From positions 30,814,001 through 30,878,000 of the forward strand of contig NC_043009.1 in NCBI RefSeq assembly GCF_006345805.1: a DNA stretch of 64,000 bases, in the 5' to 3' direction. The DNA is from Octopus sinensis (lineage: Eukaryota). Positions 1-14,149 of the stretch are shown piece by piece (the first letter of the stretch is position 1; each line of letters opens with the position of its first letter). Position numbers and translations under genes: made by a program. The notes below the pieces were generated by a model. The model ran no database searches. It was given only the letters and a program-made list of their open reading frames with translations, and was not told the origin of the DNA.

Positions 1-283
1 TTTATTCTATCGGTCTCTGATATCGAACTGCTAAGTTACAGGGATGTAAACACACTAATATCGATCGTCAAGCAATGGTGGGGAACATACACAGACATAC
101 AAATAGATACATACATATATACGACGGGATTCTTTCAGTTTCCGTCTACCAAATCCACTCACATGGCTTGGTCGGCCTGAGGCTATAGTAGAAGACACTT
201 GCTCAAGGTGCCATGCAGTGGGACTGAGCCCAGAACCATGTGGCTGGGAAGCAAGCCTTTTACCACACAGCCACTCCTGCACC
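1..283 (-). mobile_element. tRNA-derived SINE family A copy (truncated by window start)
   Basis: Reverse complement gives the head GGTGCAGGAGTGGCTGTGTGGT...GGCTCAGTCCCACTGCATGGCACCTTGAGCAAGTGTCTTCTACTATAGCCTCAGGCCGACCAAG, then an internal TA/CA microsatellite and the family tail; recurs more than 10 times in the window. Confidence 0.9.
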
Positions 284-807
284 TATATATATATGTGTGT
301 GTGTTTAATTTACAAGGAAAGGTCCGAAGAAATAGTTAATGAACACTGTTATTTATGAGCTCATCCCTGATAAGATTGCTGCGTTATTTTTCTTCCCGAA
401 TTAATTTTAATGTATCCATTGAAACATATAAATGATTTATATAACTTTTGCGTTTGTCTCCCCTTTCCATTTCTCTTATATATATATATTTGGAATGACC
501 ATTTAGAATAAACTTTTCAAAATATTCGAGTATTTTTATTTTTCTAATATAAAGTGAGTGTTCCTATGCCTAAAACAGATCTGAGAACAGCTGTGATTAA
601 TGGAGGGAATTTCAGGTTCCTGCTAAAATTCTTGGGAGCAAAGATTTCAACGAAGCCCATCACCTTGAGTGTGATATATATATTGGTAAGCATTTGTTAC
701 TGTGGAATGTTTAAGAAAAATATGTTGGTTATTCATACTTGATGCAACTTTTGTATTCAAGCCATAATTTCCCAGCAAAGCCAGTAAAGAGGTATCCATG
801 ATATACG

Positions 808-1192
808 TGGAGGCGCAATGGCCCAGTGGTTAGGGCAGCGGACTCGCGGTCATAGGATCGCGGTTTCGATTCCCAGACCGGGCGTTGTGAGTGTTTATTG
901 CGCGAAAACACCTAAAAGCTCCACGAGGCTCCGGCAGGGGATGGTGGTGATCCCTGCTGTACTCTTTCACCACAACTTTCTCTCACTCTTACTTCCTGTT
1001 TCTGTTGTACCTGTATTTCAAGGGGCCGGCCTTGTCACTCTCTGTGTCACGCTGAATATCCCCGAGAACTACGTTAAGGGTGCTCGTGTCTGTGGAGTGC
1101 TCAGCCACTTACACGTTAATTTCACGAGCAGGCTGTTCTGTTGATTCGGGTCAACCGGAACCCTCATCATCGTAACCGACGGAGTGCTTCCA
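808..1192 (+). mobile_element. tRNA-derived SINE family C, apparently full-length
   Basis: Head GGAGGCGCAATGGCCCAGTGGTTAGGGCAGCGGACTCGCGGTCATAGGATCGCGGTTTCGATTCCCAG has A-box- and B-box-like motifs; GC-rich body; same head at 46903. Confidence 0.85.
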
Positions 1193-1329
1193 TACATGAT
1201 ATAGTAAAACTGCACAAACACCGAGTTGAAGATGCGGGTAGTTTACCGCAGTCGAAATGGTGATCTAGTAAAGTACTGTGAACATCCACAAATATTTCTT
1301 GACTGATTTTTCTCTCTAAAATATATACC

Positions 1330-1640
1330 TCAGTGATGACATTCTAAACTGATGGCTGGATGAAAGCTGAAGTGGAAGAGAATAGTGGAAGGAGGTAAGG
1401 TGAAGAAGTAGTAAGTAAGTTGCAGGTGAAGTGAAACCTTTGTTGAGACTTCAGAAGTCACATTTACAAAGGTTACAATTGAATTAAGAACAAGGAATAT
1501 AAGACTTGATGTGAGTGTGTCGGGATGAAACGAACTCGCAATAAAAGTGAGAAGCGAGAGGTAATATGCCAGGGAGGTTGAAGTAATACTGCGAATTTTG
1601 GCTTGTTGTTCTTTGAAATAATCCAAGACAGTCCTGTGCT
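1330..1640 (-). mobile_element. possible decayed 3' end of a CR1/L2-like LINE
   Basis: Minus frame ...RHTHIKSYIPCS*FNCNLCKCDF*SLNK weakly resembles LINE ORF2 C-termini; not verified by search. Confidence 0.25.
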
Positions 1641-2081
1641 GTGGCCATCGAATAAAAAAACAATGATACAATGATCAGTTATAGTTAATCAATAGCTAAT
1701 GTATTAGTGGGTGGATGGGTGAGATTTTCCTATGCCTGCCTCTTAACCTGGATATGCTTTTTACAGCGTTACCACAGAGCAAATACGGATTACTAAGACT
1801 AGATAGAGTATATAGATACACGGCTTTATCGTTGTGTGCATGTGTATACAGATGCATGTATTTTCTTTATTCTCTTGCATTGGAATATATCAAGCTTATC
1901 TTTGAATGGTCATGTCATTGGGTTTGACATTTATGCCATGGCATTAAGAATATGGAAAACCTAAAAGAATGCAAAATATTTACAAATAAACCAAAATAGG
2001 CATCTTCTTTATAAGATCCTAATCTATTGCAGATTTGTTTTCGTAGAAATGTATTTGACATGCATTAGTACAACATGAAAT

Positions 2082-2127
<46 letters not shown>

Positions 2128-3561
2128 TATTGCAATGAGGAATATACATGTAATTTATCATTTGACAAAGATTAAATTTTATTTTTTAAATAACTCAGTG
2201 TCAGTTGCAATTTTCAAGGATGAATTTGTTTTTTATCTTAGTTCGCTCCTTAGTTTATACAGATATTATCCTCCCTAGTTTGCTCTTCATACCCAGCAGT
2301 CATGTCCAATTACATATGATTCAGAATATTTAAAATTTTATTCCTTAAGTTCATCTTGGTGTATAGCTTTCCTAAATAGTTAACTATTGCTGAATAACTG
2401 TTTCTTTTCTTTTTTTCCTATTTGTGAGTTCTTTATAAAGATTCGTTTGGTGTCGATGTTTTTAGAATATATTTTATGTAGAAATACTTTCAGATTATAA
2501 GAAGTGTGTCTTTGAAGCAAACGTACAGGAAGAAATATTCAATTTGATTACTTCACGAAAAGGAGACCAGAAGCATAAATTTGGGTGCACTTTCTTAACA
2601 AGAAACATATTCGTTACATTTCATAAATTTGTCTTCTTTTTGTTTTCACAATCTTTCCTGTTTCTTTTATTTCAAAATGTTAGGTTTATTTAAAAAACTT
2701 CTGGAGAAATTAATTTTCAAAAACTGGAAAAGAAATCTATAATTACTTAAATTTCAAGAGGAGATATCTATGTTTGTAAGTGGATATACAAATAGAAACT
2801 TAAATAGTAGTAAGTTGTGATATATATTTTTTAATTTTTCGCTTGTAAAATCTATGTTTAACCCAATGAGGCCAACGTTTCGCTAAAAGAATATCTAGAA
2901 ACATATTAGAAGACCATATTCCTACAAATAGCACAAGGCATCTCTGAGTTATAGTTATCAATGAGGCAACATTAATACAATGAAAAGTTGTAGTCAATTA
3001 ATAGTTAATATTATGAACATAATATTATGAAATAAGAAAGTAGATTAACATATATTTATTAATCATTTTTGCAGGTGTCTGTAGTTAAGGCAATTAAATT
3101 GAATTAAAAGTATTTCATTAGAAGTCTTACACAAAGGCGATAAATTTGTAGGGTCATTAAAGCATTGAATAAAGTGCCTTGTGGCATTCATTCTGATTCT
3201 AGCGTTTTGAGTTCAAATCCCACTGAGATAAACTTTATCATTCACCATTTCGGCACTGATGATAGATTAGGAGATTGGTTGGAACGTCAGAAATGATTTC
3301 CTGGAGAGAACTAATCAACCAATAAGAGGAGCATATTCGACATCAAAGCAAAGTTGGTCAACATGAACTGGTAGGCTTACAAGCAGCATAAAGTAAATGA
3401 AATCGATAATCTATTAATTGGTTAATTCATATGAAAACCATAAAAATGTACACGTAAAGAGCAAAGTTTTAAAAGTTTCAGTTGCTACATCAGATAGCAT
3501 CTCTCCTCAACTTACATCACAGCTGATTTTTGCATTCCTTCTCTCCGCACTCTTTTACTCT

Positions 3562-3818
3562 TTTACTTGTTTGAGTCATGTGACTGTGGCCATGCTGGAG
3601 TACCACTTTTAGTCGAGCAAATCGACCCCAGGACTTATTCTTTGAAAGACTAGTACTTATTCTATCGGTCTCTTTTGCCGAACCGCTAATTTACGGGGAC
3701 ATAAACACACCAGCATCGATGTGGAGGGACAGGCGATGTTGGGGGGACAAATGCAGACACATATATATACATATATACGACGGGCTTCTTTCAGTTTCTC
3801 TCTACCAAATCCACTCAC
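3562..3818 (-). mobile_element. SINE family A, tail half (split by insertion)
   Basis: Matches the family tail; breaks at CCAAATCCACTCAC and resumes at 4157 with AAGGCTTTGG. Confidence 0.85.
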
Positions 3819-3842
3819 ATATAAATATCAAATGGAAATTGT

Positions 3843-4153
3843 AGTTATAATACCTGTGCCAGTGGCAAGTATAAAGTACTATCCGAACGTGGCCGATGCC
3901 AGCACCGGTGGCACGTAATAAGCACCAACCGATCGTGGCTGCTGCCAGCCTCCCCTGGCACCTGTGCCAGTGACACGTAAAAAGCACCCACTACACTCAC
4001 GGAGTGGTTGGCGTTACGAAGGGCATCCAGCTGTAGAAGCACTGTCAGATCAGACTGGAGCCTGGTGCAGCCTCCTGGCTCCACAGAACCCGGTCGAACC
4101 ATCCAACCCGTGCTAGCACGGAACACAGACGTTAAACGATGATGATGATGATG
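3843..4153 (+). mobile_element. non-autonomous element family E with RTE-like 3' end and (GAT)n tail
   Basis: GGGCATCCAGCTGTAG...CCAACCCGTGCTAGCACGG...GACGTTAAAC(GAT)n; internal GTGCC..GGCAC units; homologous to 42652-42965 in the opposite orientation. Confidence 0.8.
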
Positions 4154-4156
4154 GTG

Positions 4157-4285
4157 AAGGCTTTGGTCAGCCCGAGGCGTTGGCTATAGTTGAAGACACT
4201 TGCCCAAGGTGCCATGCAGTGGGACTGAACCTGGAACCATGTGGTTGGGTAGCAAGCTACTTACCACATAGCCACTCCTGCGCAC
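4157..4285 (-). mobile_element. SINE family A, head half
   Basis: Continues the consensus exactly where 3818 stops; tRNA-like head on the minus strand. Confidence 0.85.
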
Positions 4286-6493
4286 TGAGTAAATATTTTC
4301 CAAACTATATACATACACACCCACACGCATACTTATATGTACGGTTCTGTGTGCGCGTGTGTGTAAGCTGCTTTTTTCTAAGTTTGGGTTTGTCATTTCA
4401 ACAAAGTAAAGAACCGTTACTAATACCACAAGAGAGATGTTGGAGTTGCTGTCACATTCTACCTAAATGAAACGGAAAGACATATTGGCTTGTCCGGTTT
4501 GAAGCACACCAAAGGCAGTTAACTCCCATGAAAGCATCTTGCAGCTCACATATTTAGATGGGTATCTGCTTGTCATACAGCTTCTGTCCAAACGGATAGG
4601 CTCAGTATGATTCATTTTACCACATTACCAGGGCGGATATGTTGCAAATCTCTAGGATGGTGAAAGGAAGACCATTCACTTGCTATAAATGTAGTACAGT
4701 ATAAAAGACCATTTGAAGAAGATCTCAGAAGAAGAAGCAGCAAAACCCAAACTAATGTGGCACACTGCAGCTGAAACAATAACAAAAATAGATTCAAATG
4801 AGGAAACCAATGGTTGGCTGCTGTCACTGTCTTTGGCACATTATCTCCTGCAAGTCTTTGGATAGGTAGGGAGGAAATACACGTATCGTCCATTCCACAA
4901 GTACTAGACACTGAGATACCTATAGGCCATCCCAGGACTGGCCAGTAGCTTTGAACAGCAGTTGTACACCATCATCTTGCAGAGAATATGTGCGCACTAG
5001 AAAACTGTGGGAAAATATGATGCATCGTGAAGCAAGGAAATGGAAAGTCAGTCCTGGAAGTTGCTAATAATGAGGCACCAGTCTTCTGGACCGACTGAGA
5101 CTGAAAATTTTCAACACGCCATGAACGATAAACTGATAGATTTAGTAAAGCTCTGGAAAGAAGACGGAATGAATTCCGTGTTGATTGGCGGGGTAAAGTG
5201 TACAATTTTAAAGAATATCTAAATAATATCCTTTGGGTAAAATTTCACACCAATTGTTTATCAGCTGCTAAAATTCCTCAGCTGAGACTGGTCTTACATT
5301 GGCCAACAGTGAGCATGTTCACAGGCACATTCATAAGTTTCTGTTTTGGTCAGTAGTGATTGAAGAGTAATTGAGTGATGTCATGGGGTACTCTGACCAC
5401 CAATTACATAACATCTGGTCATCCTTTGGAGGTGTGATTTCTTAAATTTTAAACCTTTTTTAATACGTTATACCAAGATATTACCCTAATCATTTGTTTA
5501 TTTGTTTGTATAAGCCCTTTTGGACAGTTAAAAAAGCATCAGCAAGACGGTATAATAAATAAAAACTAGTAACAAATTATAGTCAAGCATAGTAGATTCG
5601 TAGAGCATTAAACAAACTTCTTTGCAGTACATCTGTCAATTTATATTCTGAGTTCAATTTCCTCTAAGATCAAATATGCTTCTATAAAGCAGAGGAAAGT
5701 AGAATCCGAGGAAAGCAATGATATATTTTATTGGCAAAATGCAATGCAATTAGGATGTTCATTTATTTATTTTTGTCTGAAGAAAGTCAAATGTACGAAA
5801 CGTTCGTTTTATTTTCTTCTCAAAGTTAAAAAAAATCTATTTCACTGCTTAAATAACTGAATAATATAGCTTGACATAAACCAGATGTAAGATATGGGAT
5901 TATCACGGCTGAAACTCATTTTGTCATACCTCTGTTTTAAAAAAAATTGGCTGGTTTTTAGCTACAAGGGTCATGTGACTAGATAAGAATGTGTCATTGT
6001 ACTAATGAAAGATTTGAGAGTGCCATATCGTTATTACATAACGTCTTTTTTTTAAATGATATATCAGCTCTGATCAAACTCACCTTCACTCAAAAGGGTT
6101 ATCCCCACAGTGTGACATATTGGATCAACTCATTGATCAATAGATCAACACATTGGAAACACTGGAGGTGTTTCCTATATAAATATGCATGTAAAAAGTG
6201 AGGTTCTGATGAAACATGTTTACGTTGTACATGACTGATGGTAAAGTGTTGTGAATAACATTGTGTTATTTGCATTAGAGTATTACTTAAATCTGCGCAG
6301 ACTGCCTTCCAAGGTACATTCAACCACGTTTTTAATGTTTTAAACAACATATAGATGTATATATTAATTTAATTCTTATATGCATTTCTTTTCTTATATA
6401 CACATATACCTCCATGAAAATAGTTCAAATGAACATTTATTAAAATTATGTATCAATATCTAACTCTATTCTCTCTTTTTCTCTCTCTCCTCC

Positions 6494-6525
<32 letters not shown>

Positions 6526-7844
6526 ATGACCCGTGGGTGTTGAGTGGGAAAATAGTTGTTCTTATGCAAGACAAGGTTGTTTTAGCTTGCTTCTGTAGTG
6601 GAGCTCTTCTTTCATTCTGAAGTTGAAGATTTCTTCCTGGTAATTATGTTGAAGAGATTGGATCAAGTATATTGGAAGCAACAAGGCATTTAAAGGAAAT
6701 ATATAAAACCGAGATATGTCAGCTTTACTATGAGCAAACACACTGGAAAAGAAATTGAAAACTTTATGCTTCTTTTTTTTAACTTTTATTCCGTTTTTAT
6801 GGTAAACAGCTTTTGGCCAAATATCTAGAATTAACTCAATGCCAAATGCATGAAGTTTTAAATAAGTGCACATATTTCATATTCATAGAATATTCGTAGG
6901 AAGTGGAAACGAAGAACCTTCTGAGAACGTCTTTGGAATTGAATAATTTCTGTCATTTTATTATATTACTTTAAATTCTACATCCCAAATGTAAAATATA
7001 TTTTATATATATTTATTCATCGTGAAGTTATAAGAAAATTGAAAACTCTTAAAAATTGTTTAGGCATTTTTTTTCTTCCTCTCATTTCTTTCTTTATATG
7101 TTTTTCCATTTCAAAATTCAGTTAGCTGTGTGGTTACACAGTCTCTCCATCTATGCACTGGTCATATATATATATATAAATGGTCATTCCTAAGTAACTT
7201 TAAATAAATCCAGACCAATGTATTCAGTAAGTAGGTTTTGTATCAGCTTATAAGTTGATTGATTATATATGGTAAAGATAAAATATATGGGAGTTTAACG
7301 CTTCGGATTGTGGTACTTTGTCAAGCATAGAAAAGGGAAAAGTAGGAATATAGAAGTCTTATTAAGAGCTATTAAATAATATTCTTCAACGTTGCTTGAT
7401 TTTCTCTCATTATTCAGATTTTAGATATGTCGCATCTTCGCTTGTCATTACGGTGTTGGAGTTTATCAGTTGTATTAGCGCTTGCTACATTTTTTTGAGG
7501 CAATTTGTTTGTGTTCAAATCTCGCTGAGGTCATCTTTGCCTTTCATCTATTCAGGAACAATAGATTGCTGGAATTGTTAGAGGGACAATGCAATTCTTT
7601 GCAATTTCTATTTCAGCCCTGTGAGGTTTGAGTTCAAGTCTCCTAGTTGCTGATGGTTGTGGCTTGTTCACCTTACCCTAGGAGCACTCAATCTCCAAAT
7701 AATGATTGTGGATAGAGAGTCCTACATTGAACGTAGATAAGGCAAAAAAAACATGCTCAAACTTTCAAGCAATACTGGTTGAAGCATCCTGAAACAATAT
7801 CATAGAAATTATAATATTCTATCTTCCGTATTTCAGTCTTTAGC

Positions 7845-8400
7845 CTACGACCATACTAGGGCACCGACTTTATTCAAGCGAATCAACCCCAATGCACTTT
7901 TGTAAAGCCTGGTACTTATTCTACCGATTCCTTTGGCTGAACCGCTAGATTAAGGGGAATTAAAAACACGAACACCAGTTGTCAACGGGAGATAGGGACA
8001 AACGCAGACACACACACACACATGCGTGCACACAGACACACACATATATATCTTCTATATTTTACTTGTTTCAGTTATTTGATATTGGCCATGCTATAGC
8101 ACCGCTTTAGATGACTTTTAGTCATACAAATTGACCGTAGGACTTACTTCTTAAGCCTAATACTTATGCTATCTGGCTCTTTTGCCAAACCATTAAGTTA
8201 CGAGAACAAAAATATTCCAACACTGATGGTCAAACGACAGCGCAGAACAAGTATAGATAAAGACACACACACAAACACACAGACATATATAAGACAGGCT
8301 CCTTTCAGTTTCCATCTAATAAATTAACTCACAAGGCTTTAGTGGGCCTGAAGCTATAGCAGTTAACACTTTCTTAAGGTATCACGCTGCCAATCCGACG
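7845..8400 (-). mobile_element. two degraded SINE family A copies
   Basis: Tail motifs (GTACTTATTCTACCGA, GAACCGCTA) at about 7910-7980 and again at about 8060-8260, followed by head remnants. Confidence 0.7.
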
Positions 8401-8533
8401 CCTATTTTTCACACCTGCGCAGACATCCTGAAACTTACTCTTTTACGCTTTACGTCCAAACACCATCGATAATAATATTGATTTCTCATCTTTCTACAGG
8501 TCAATTACATAAGCACCATTCATATGTTGCTAT

Positions 8534-8935
8534 CAGAAATGGCTGTGTGGTATGAAGCTTGTTTCCCAACCACATGGTTCCAGGTTCAGTCCCACTGCAT
8601 GGCACCTTCACTAAGTCTCTTCTACTGTAGCCTCAGGCTGCCCAAAGCCTTATGAGTGGATTTCGTAGACGGAACCCGGTAGAAGCCTGTCGTATACACA
8701 TATATATGTATATATTTGTGTGTGTGTGTGTGTTTTGTCCCTCTACCATCGCTTGACAACCGATGCTGGTGTGTTTATATCACCGTAACTTAGCGGTTCG
8801 GTAAAAGAAACCGATATAATAAATACTAGGTTTACAAAGAATAAGTTCTGGGGGTCGATTTCTTCGACACTAACATCCTTTAATGCGGTGCTCCAGCATG
8901 GTTGCAGTCAAATGACTGAAACAAATAAAAAGATT
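8534..8935 (+). mobile_element. SINE family A copy
   Basis: Head GGCTGTGTGGT...GGTTCAGTCCCACTGC, internal (TA)(TG) microsatellite, tail ending GACTGAAACAAATAAAA. Confidence 0.9.
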
Positions 8936-9034
8936 AGAAGAAAATGAAAAGGCTATACCAATAATTTATATTACATAATTTCTCACTTTATGTATATTTT
9001 TGCTATTATTATTATCATTTGTATTAGAAATTTA

Positions 9035-9500
9035 GTTAGGGCCAACGTATCGTAGAGGCATAGATGAATAAGTAGTCTGGATGGCCAACTCTAGAACAAC
9101 CAATGTAGAACTGTCCATGTGAAAAGCATGACGTTTGAAGGTCCCATCTGACAACTTTCAGCAATTGACCTTGTGCTTTGTTAATTGTCATGGTGAAGCT
9201 GGATTTGAGAGGGAATTGATGTCTCTGCTTACGATAAGGGCAATCTGTTGGGGGTTAGCGGAGTCTTCGGAATAAAAACGGTATCGATTTTGCCGTGTCT
9301 CATGATAATTTGGGTTTTAATGACGTGGTCCATCATTTGCTTGACCACAAGGTGAGTTCCATTGCATAGTGTGGGATGCATTTAGATTGTGCAGGAGTAT
9401 GAAAGGGCAACCGACTTTTAAGTGAAGTTCATGGGGAGGGAATCCTGGAGGATGGTGGGAGTTGAGAAATTCTGTTAGAAGTGTGTAACCTGATCGAGTA
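9035..9500 (-). mobile_element. Helitron/Pif1-family helicase C-terminal fragment (frameshifted)
   Basis: Minus frames give TEFLNSHHPPGFPPHELHLKVGCPFILLHNLN, LCNGTHLVVKQMMDHVI and QFPLKSSFTMTINKAQGQLLKVV..FSHGQFYIGCSRVG; these are canonical Helitron RepHel/Pif1 C-terminal helicase motifs. Confidence 0.9.
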
Positions 9501-10619
9501 TAATGGTAGCCTACTGAGTAAGTCATAGTTATGAATGGTGATAGTTGCATTTGTAGGTGCAAGAACAGTCCTGTGCTAATGTGCAAATATCGGCAATTTG
9601 CAGTGAATGGGCATTGTAAAAACTGTACAACTATCACAACTTTGTGAATATATATAATATTGATTAATTTTGAAGGCATTTAAAAGATAATTAAAAGCTG
9701 ATTTAAATTGCATGGCTACCTCAAAGAAGTGCTAATGTAAAAATATCGGCGATTTGTAGCGAATGGGCATTGTAAAAATTGTAGTAGAAGACTAAGTGAA
9801 AGTAGCATAACTACGTGATCAAGAGTAATGTCCCTTGAATCAATGTCCCTTGGTATTTGCCATTTGCCTATGAGAAGGTGTTTTCGTCCCCTAGGGGCGG
9901 TATTATTCGTTGTGTGGAAAATTTGAAGAGTCTATGACTATCTCTGGAACATACGTGATGTATGTTCCCAGTATGAACAAAATCGGTTGAAAAATATATG
10001 ACTTTAAATGGGATAAAGTAAATGGCCTCTACGCACACATACACACATCTTCCATTTTATTATATATAAGACTATCGCTTATCTAGCTTCGTGGATGGTG
10101 AAGTCTAGTCAGTTCATGAATTTGAGTAGCACTTATATCCATCTCAGAAAGTAGAAAGATGAATTCTTAAGTAGATAATGGTGATGTTTAGAAACAAAAA
10201 AAAATTTAATAAATGGTTTAAAGTCCATATTGGCTCCTAATTCTGCATCCACTTCGATCTTTAATAATTATTTCTAACACAACCACAAGACTTCAAACTT
10301 GGTAGAAAGGCTATTTTACATAAGTATCAAATTGTTGTAGTGTAAATTAAATGTTTCTATAGAGAGAAGTTCGTCGGTGTTTATAACCCGTTGGGAGTAG
10401 TGTGAATATTCTTCTCCTCCTTCTAACATTGACAATAATGTTTTGTTCTTATTGAGACGAGACAATTTAGATTTTTGAATGACAAGAATTATTATGTTGG
10501 CGTTGTGTTTGTAGAAACATTTTGAGCAGAGGTTTTGCGTGAGTGTGCTGTACATATTGGCATTGGTATTTTTTTTACAGAAGAATGATAGTTGCAAATT
10601 TTGTGCCAGCAGCATCAGC

Positions 10620-10690
<71 letters not shown>
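10620..10690. repeat. (TAG)n microsatellite preceded by (CAG)n-like units
   Basis: Direct reading. Confidence 0.95.
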
Positions 10691-11239
10691 CTGTTGTGAA
10701 TATTGTTGGCTAGACTCTGTAATTGAGCAGATCTACGATCAAGCTTTCCAACTGTGACCACCACTTTAGAGGTTGGTCTCGGACTAGATTCATTAACATC
10801 GTTTTAATTCACTTGATAAATTTAACAAATTAAGGATAACTGATGGTGATTGTGCTGCTATTTCTAGCTGATCGTGAGATCATGTACAGGCTCCCTAAAC
10901 GCTGTATTTGAATTACTATTTATACTGCTCTGTGTGACTTCTATCGCTTACATTAATTAGTTTCGTATATTTATGTTGCGACTGTAAATCCCACTTTGAC
11001 TGACATTTACGTGCTCTCTTCTACAGCCAACAATATATTCTACCATAATACACTGGGATTAATTTATTAGATTATACACACGCCCTTAAATAATTGACCT
11101 TGCTCCCACTCAACAATAACTAATGAAACAAATTATGATCTGAGGGATGACTCTTTGTATTGTATTCACTGCGACAAACATTTACGCAAGAGACTTTATG
11201 GTCTATTAAATTCATCATCAGTTCTTAGTGTATCGTGTA

Positions 11240-11650
11240 CGACGATCAGCTGCTAGTATCATTAGCACACTGAGCAAAATGCTAAGAGTTCAAATTCCGC
11301 TGAAGACAACTTGGCCTTTCACCCTACTGGGGTCAAAAAAATAAGTACCAGTTCAACATTGGGGTCGATGATTTTGACTTAAGCCCTCTCCTGAAATTGA
11401 TGGACTTGTGCTAAAATTTGAAATCAATATTTATTGTATCATATAAGGCAGCGTGTTGGTAGACTCGTTAGCAGACTGGGCAAAATGCTTAGAGGCATGT
11501 CATCTGAGTTCAAATCCCACCGAGATTGACTTTGCTTTTCATCCTTTCGGTGTCGATAAAATAGGTACCAGTTGAGCATTGTGGTCGATGTAATTGACTT
11601 AACCCCTTCCTTTGAAATTGATGGCCTTGTGCCAAAATTTAAGCCAATAC
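11240..11650 (+). mobile_element. two tandem copies of SINE family B
   Basis: Both carry GAGTTCAAAT(T/C)CC..GA..ACTT(T/G)GC.TTTCA.CCT..GGGTC.A.AAAATA.GTACCAGTT, similar to the conserved central domain of widespread metazoan tRNA-SINEs (exact superfamily not established). Confidence 0.85.
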
Positions 11651-12541
11651 TTACTATTTTGTAAACAACTGGCTATGGGAAGTTGCAACATATACTGCTT
11701 AAGATGTTAGGACCTTGATCATAGGCCAAGAGTTCAATTCCTGAACTGGGTATAGCATTCTTGAGCAAAACACGTCGTTTCAAGTTTCTTTGATTTCATC
11801 TGATAATACTTGGTACCAACTTAGTGCTGGTGCAGTCCTTACTTCTTCCTGGTACCACGTCCTCGATGTTCGGCAAGGTAGAGAGTGGATGAGCCAAGAA
11901 GTTGTTGAAATCTGCTCACAAGTACATAGGCACATTAAACGACAAGCGTACATCACCCATTTTATGATGTGGGTAGAAAAAGTTTGATTAACAACAATTA
12001 TTTTATCAACGAATTGGCAATGACTCCCTCTAGGAATGTTTAAAATCTAAATACAACAAGCTATGGGAGATAAGTGCAACAAAATTAGTTGGTCGATTAA
12101 ATAACATCCCTAAAGAATGTGAGCTTCAGGCTTAAAGGGACATAAGTAAATACCTTTTTGTAATTAATAATCCTGGCTCAAACATAAGTTATATGATGAC
12201 GGGTTGTGAAGTAAGACATGAAATTAATTAAAACAATCGTCGTATATGATGTGGAAGGACCCGTCAAGATTAGGAAAACAAACGACCCTAGATGAAATGA
12301 ACCCAAATATTGTTGGAAAGATAATAATAGAAAATATTTTCTGTACTATTTTGTATAGTTGAGTCCATATAATTTTTGACAGGGCCGAGAATTTGTGACT
12401 GAAACAATCAGTGTTTATAGTATATGTGAGAGATGTAAATGTGGATAGAACCTGGTTTTCGTGTCGATTAACTGAATGATGTAATAATGTTGGGCTAGAG
12501 ATGAAGTAGGTCTACACAAGGGCACCAATAACTATGTTACT

Positions 12542-12633
<92 letters not shown>

Positions 12634-12745
12634 ATGTGTGTATATAGAGAGAAAGAAAGTGAGGGAAAAAGATATTTTTATATTTGTGTATATGTATATA
12701 TTTCTGTGTGTGTGAATATTTGCATATATCATATATCTGTGTGTA

Positions 12746-12792
<47 letters not shown>

Positions 12793-13424
12793 TATATATA
12801 TATACATACATATACTTATATATATATATATATATATAATGTATGCATGTATAAAATGTTCTTAACGATGTAAGAATGTTTGTAATATGTAAAATTACAT
12901 ACAGCAAAGCAAGGCATATATTTAAAAGCTTATCTAGACTGTTAAACAATTAAAAGAAAGTATAGTGAATGTGAAGTTGTAATAAAAATTACTTCAACAG
13001 AAAAATTACAATGCCTTCTTCCAAGTGTTAGTAATGCATTATATCTGCACTTAGTCAGTTTAATAATTGGTTGTTGTTAAGAAGACAATTCCTTGACATT
13101 AAAATAATCATATTTATTCCTCTTAAAATAAAATATATTACAATGCTATTCTATTCAGATGCTGTGATGAAGTTTTGCCAACATCAGTCTGAAAGTTTCA
13201 CAGGGATTTTCGTTTCACACAATTCTTCTTCCAGTCGCAGAAATAATGAAAGTCTTACTTTACTATTATTTCTCAAGGCCTAACTGTAACTTATCATAGA
13301 TGGTAATCCTTATCACTAAATCATAAACTGTGACCCAATGAAAGTGAGAGAGAAAGAGAGGGAGAGAGGGAAAAAGTTATTTGATATACGTATATTTATT
13401 CATATACATACATACATATTCATT

Positions 13425-13550
13425 TAACATTTTGACTCAAGGCCAGCAATTTCAGAGAAGTGTGCAAGTCGATTTCATTGATCCCAGGGCTCGAATGCTA
13501 CTTATTTTATGCACCCCAAAAAGATGAAAGGCAAAGTCGACCTCGGTAGA
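13425..13550 (-). mobile_element. SINE family B fragment
   Basis: GATGAAAGGCAAAGTCGACCTCGG is the reverse complement of the family B core. Confidence 0.8.
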
Positions 13551-14149
13551 CTCACTGTACTTCACAGTGTTCTTTCCTCAGAAACAATTCCTTCATCGCA
13601 GTCTGCCATTCTACTTGTTAGCTACGGCTGGAAATGTTGCCAGTTTTATAAATGTTTTTGTTATAGTTTTGGGTGGTAGGTTAGAATTCATCTTCCGGTT
13701 TAAAACTACCAACTGCTCATTGGTGCCTTAAAGAGGATCCATTCTTTTGATAGCAAATGTGTAAGAACCCAAATTAACTTCCCTTCTTTTCTCTCTCCAA
13801 TCATGAACGTGCCTATAAATGTTTATAGGCATTCTTCTTCATCACTGAAGCACAGACGTCTTCACACTAATCGTATTAATGATATTAGAAGGTGGATATC
13901 ATCATTCAGGAGTAAACGTGGACAAAGATTAGTAATTCTTTATAAAAATCGGGTCATTTAATGTTAATTATTCAGTGACGCCATCTGTATATTAAAAGTA
14001 GCGTTATACGACTGACGCTAATTTGTTCTTATTTCTCTGGAGAAAAATATTTCAGAGATTCACATGAATATCGGGCTTACAGAGGTTGAGTAATTTATCT
14101 TGCAATGATTAATTATAATTAATCATTTCAAAGAATTTTCTGCAAAGAA

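Noticed and set aside
4440-5420. GC-richer, non-microsatellite block that looks like decayed coding DNA
   Set aside because: All frames are interrupted and I recognised no motif; may be an old transposon, and would need BLASTX.
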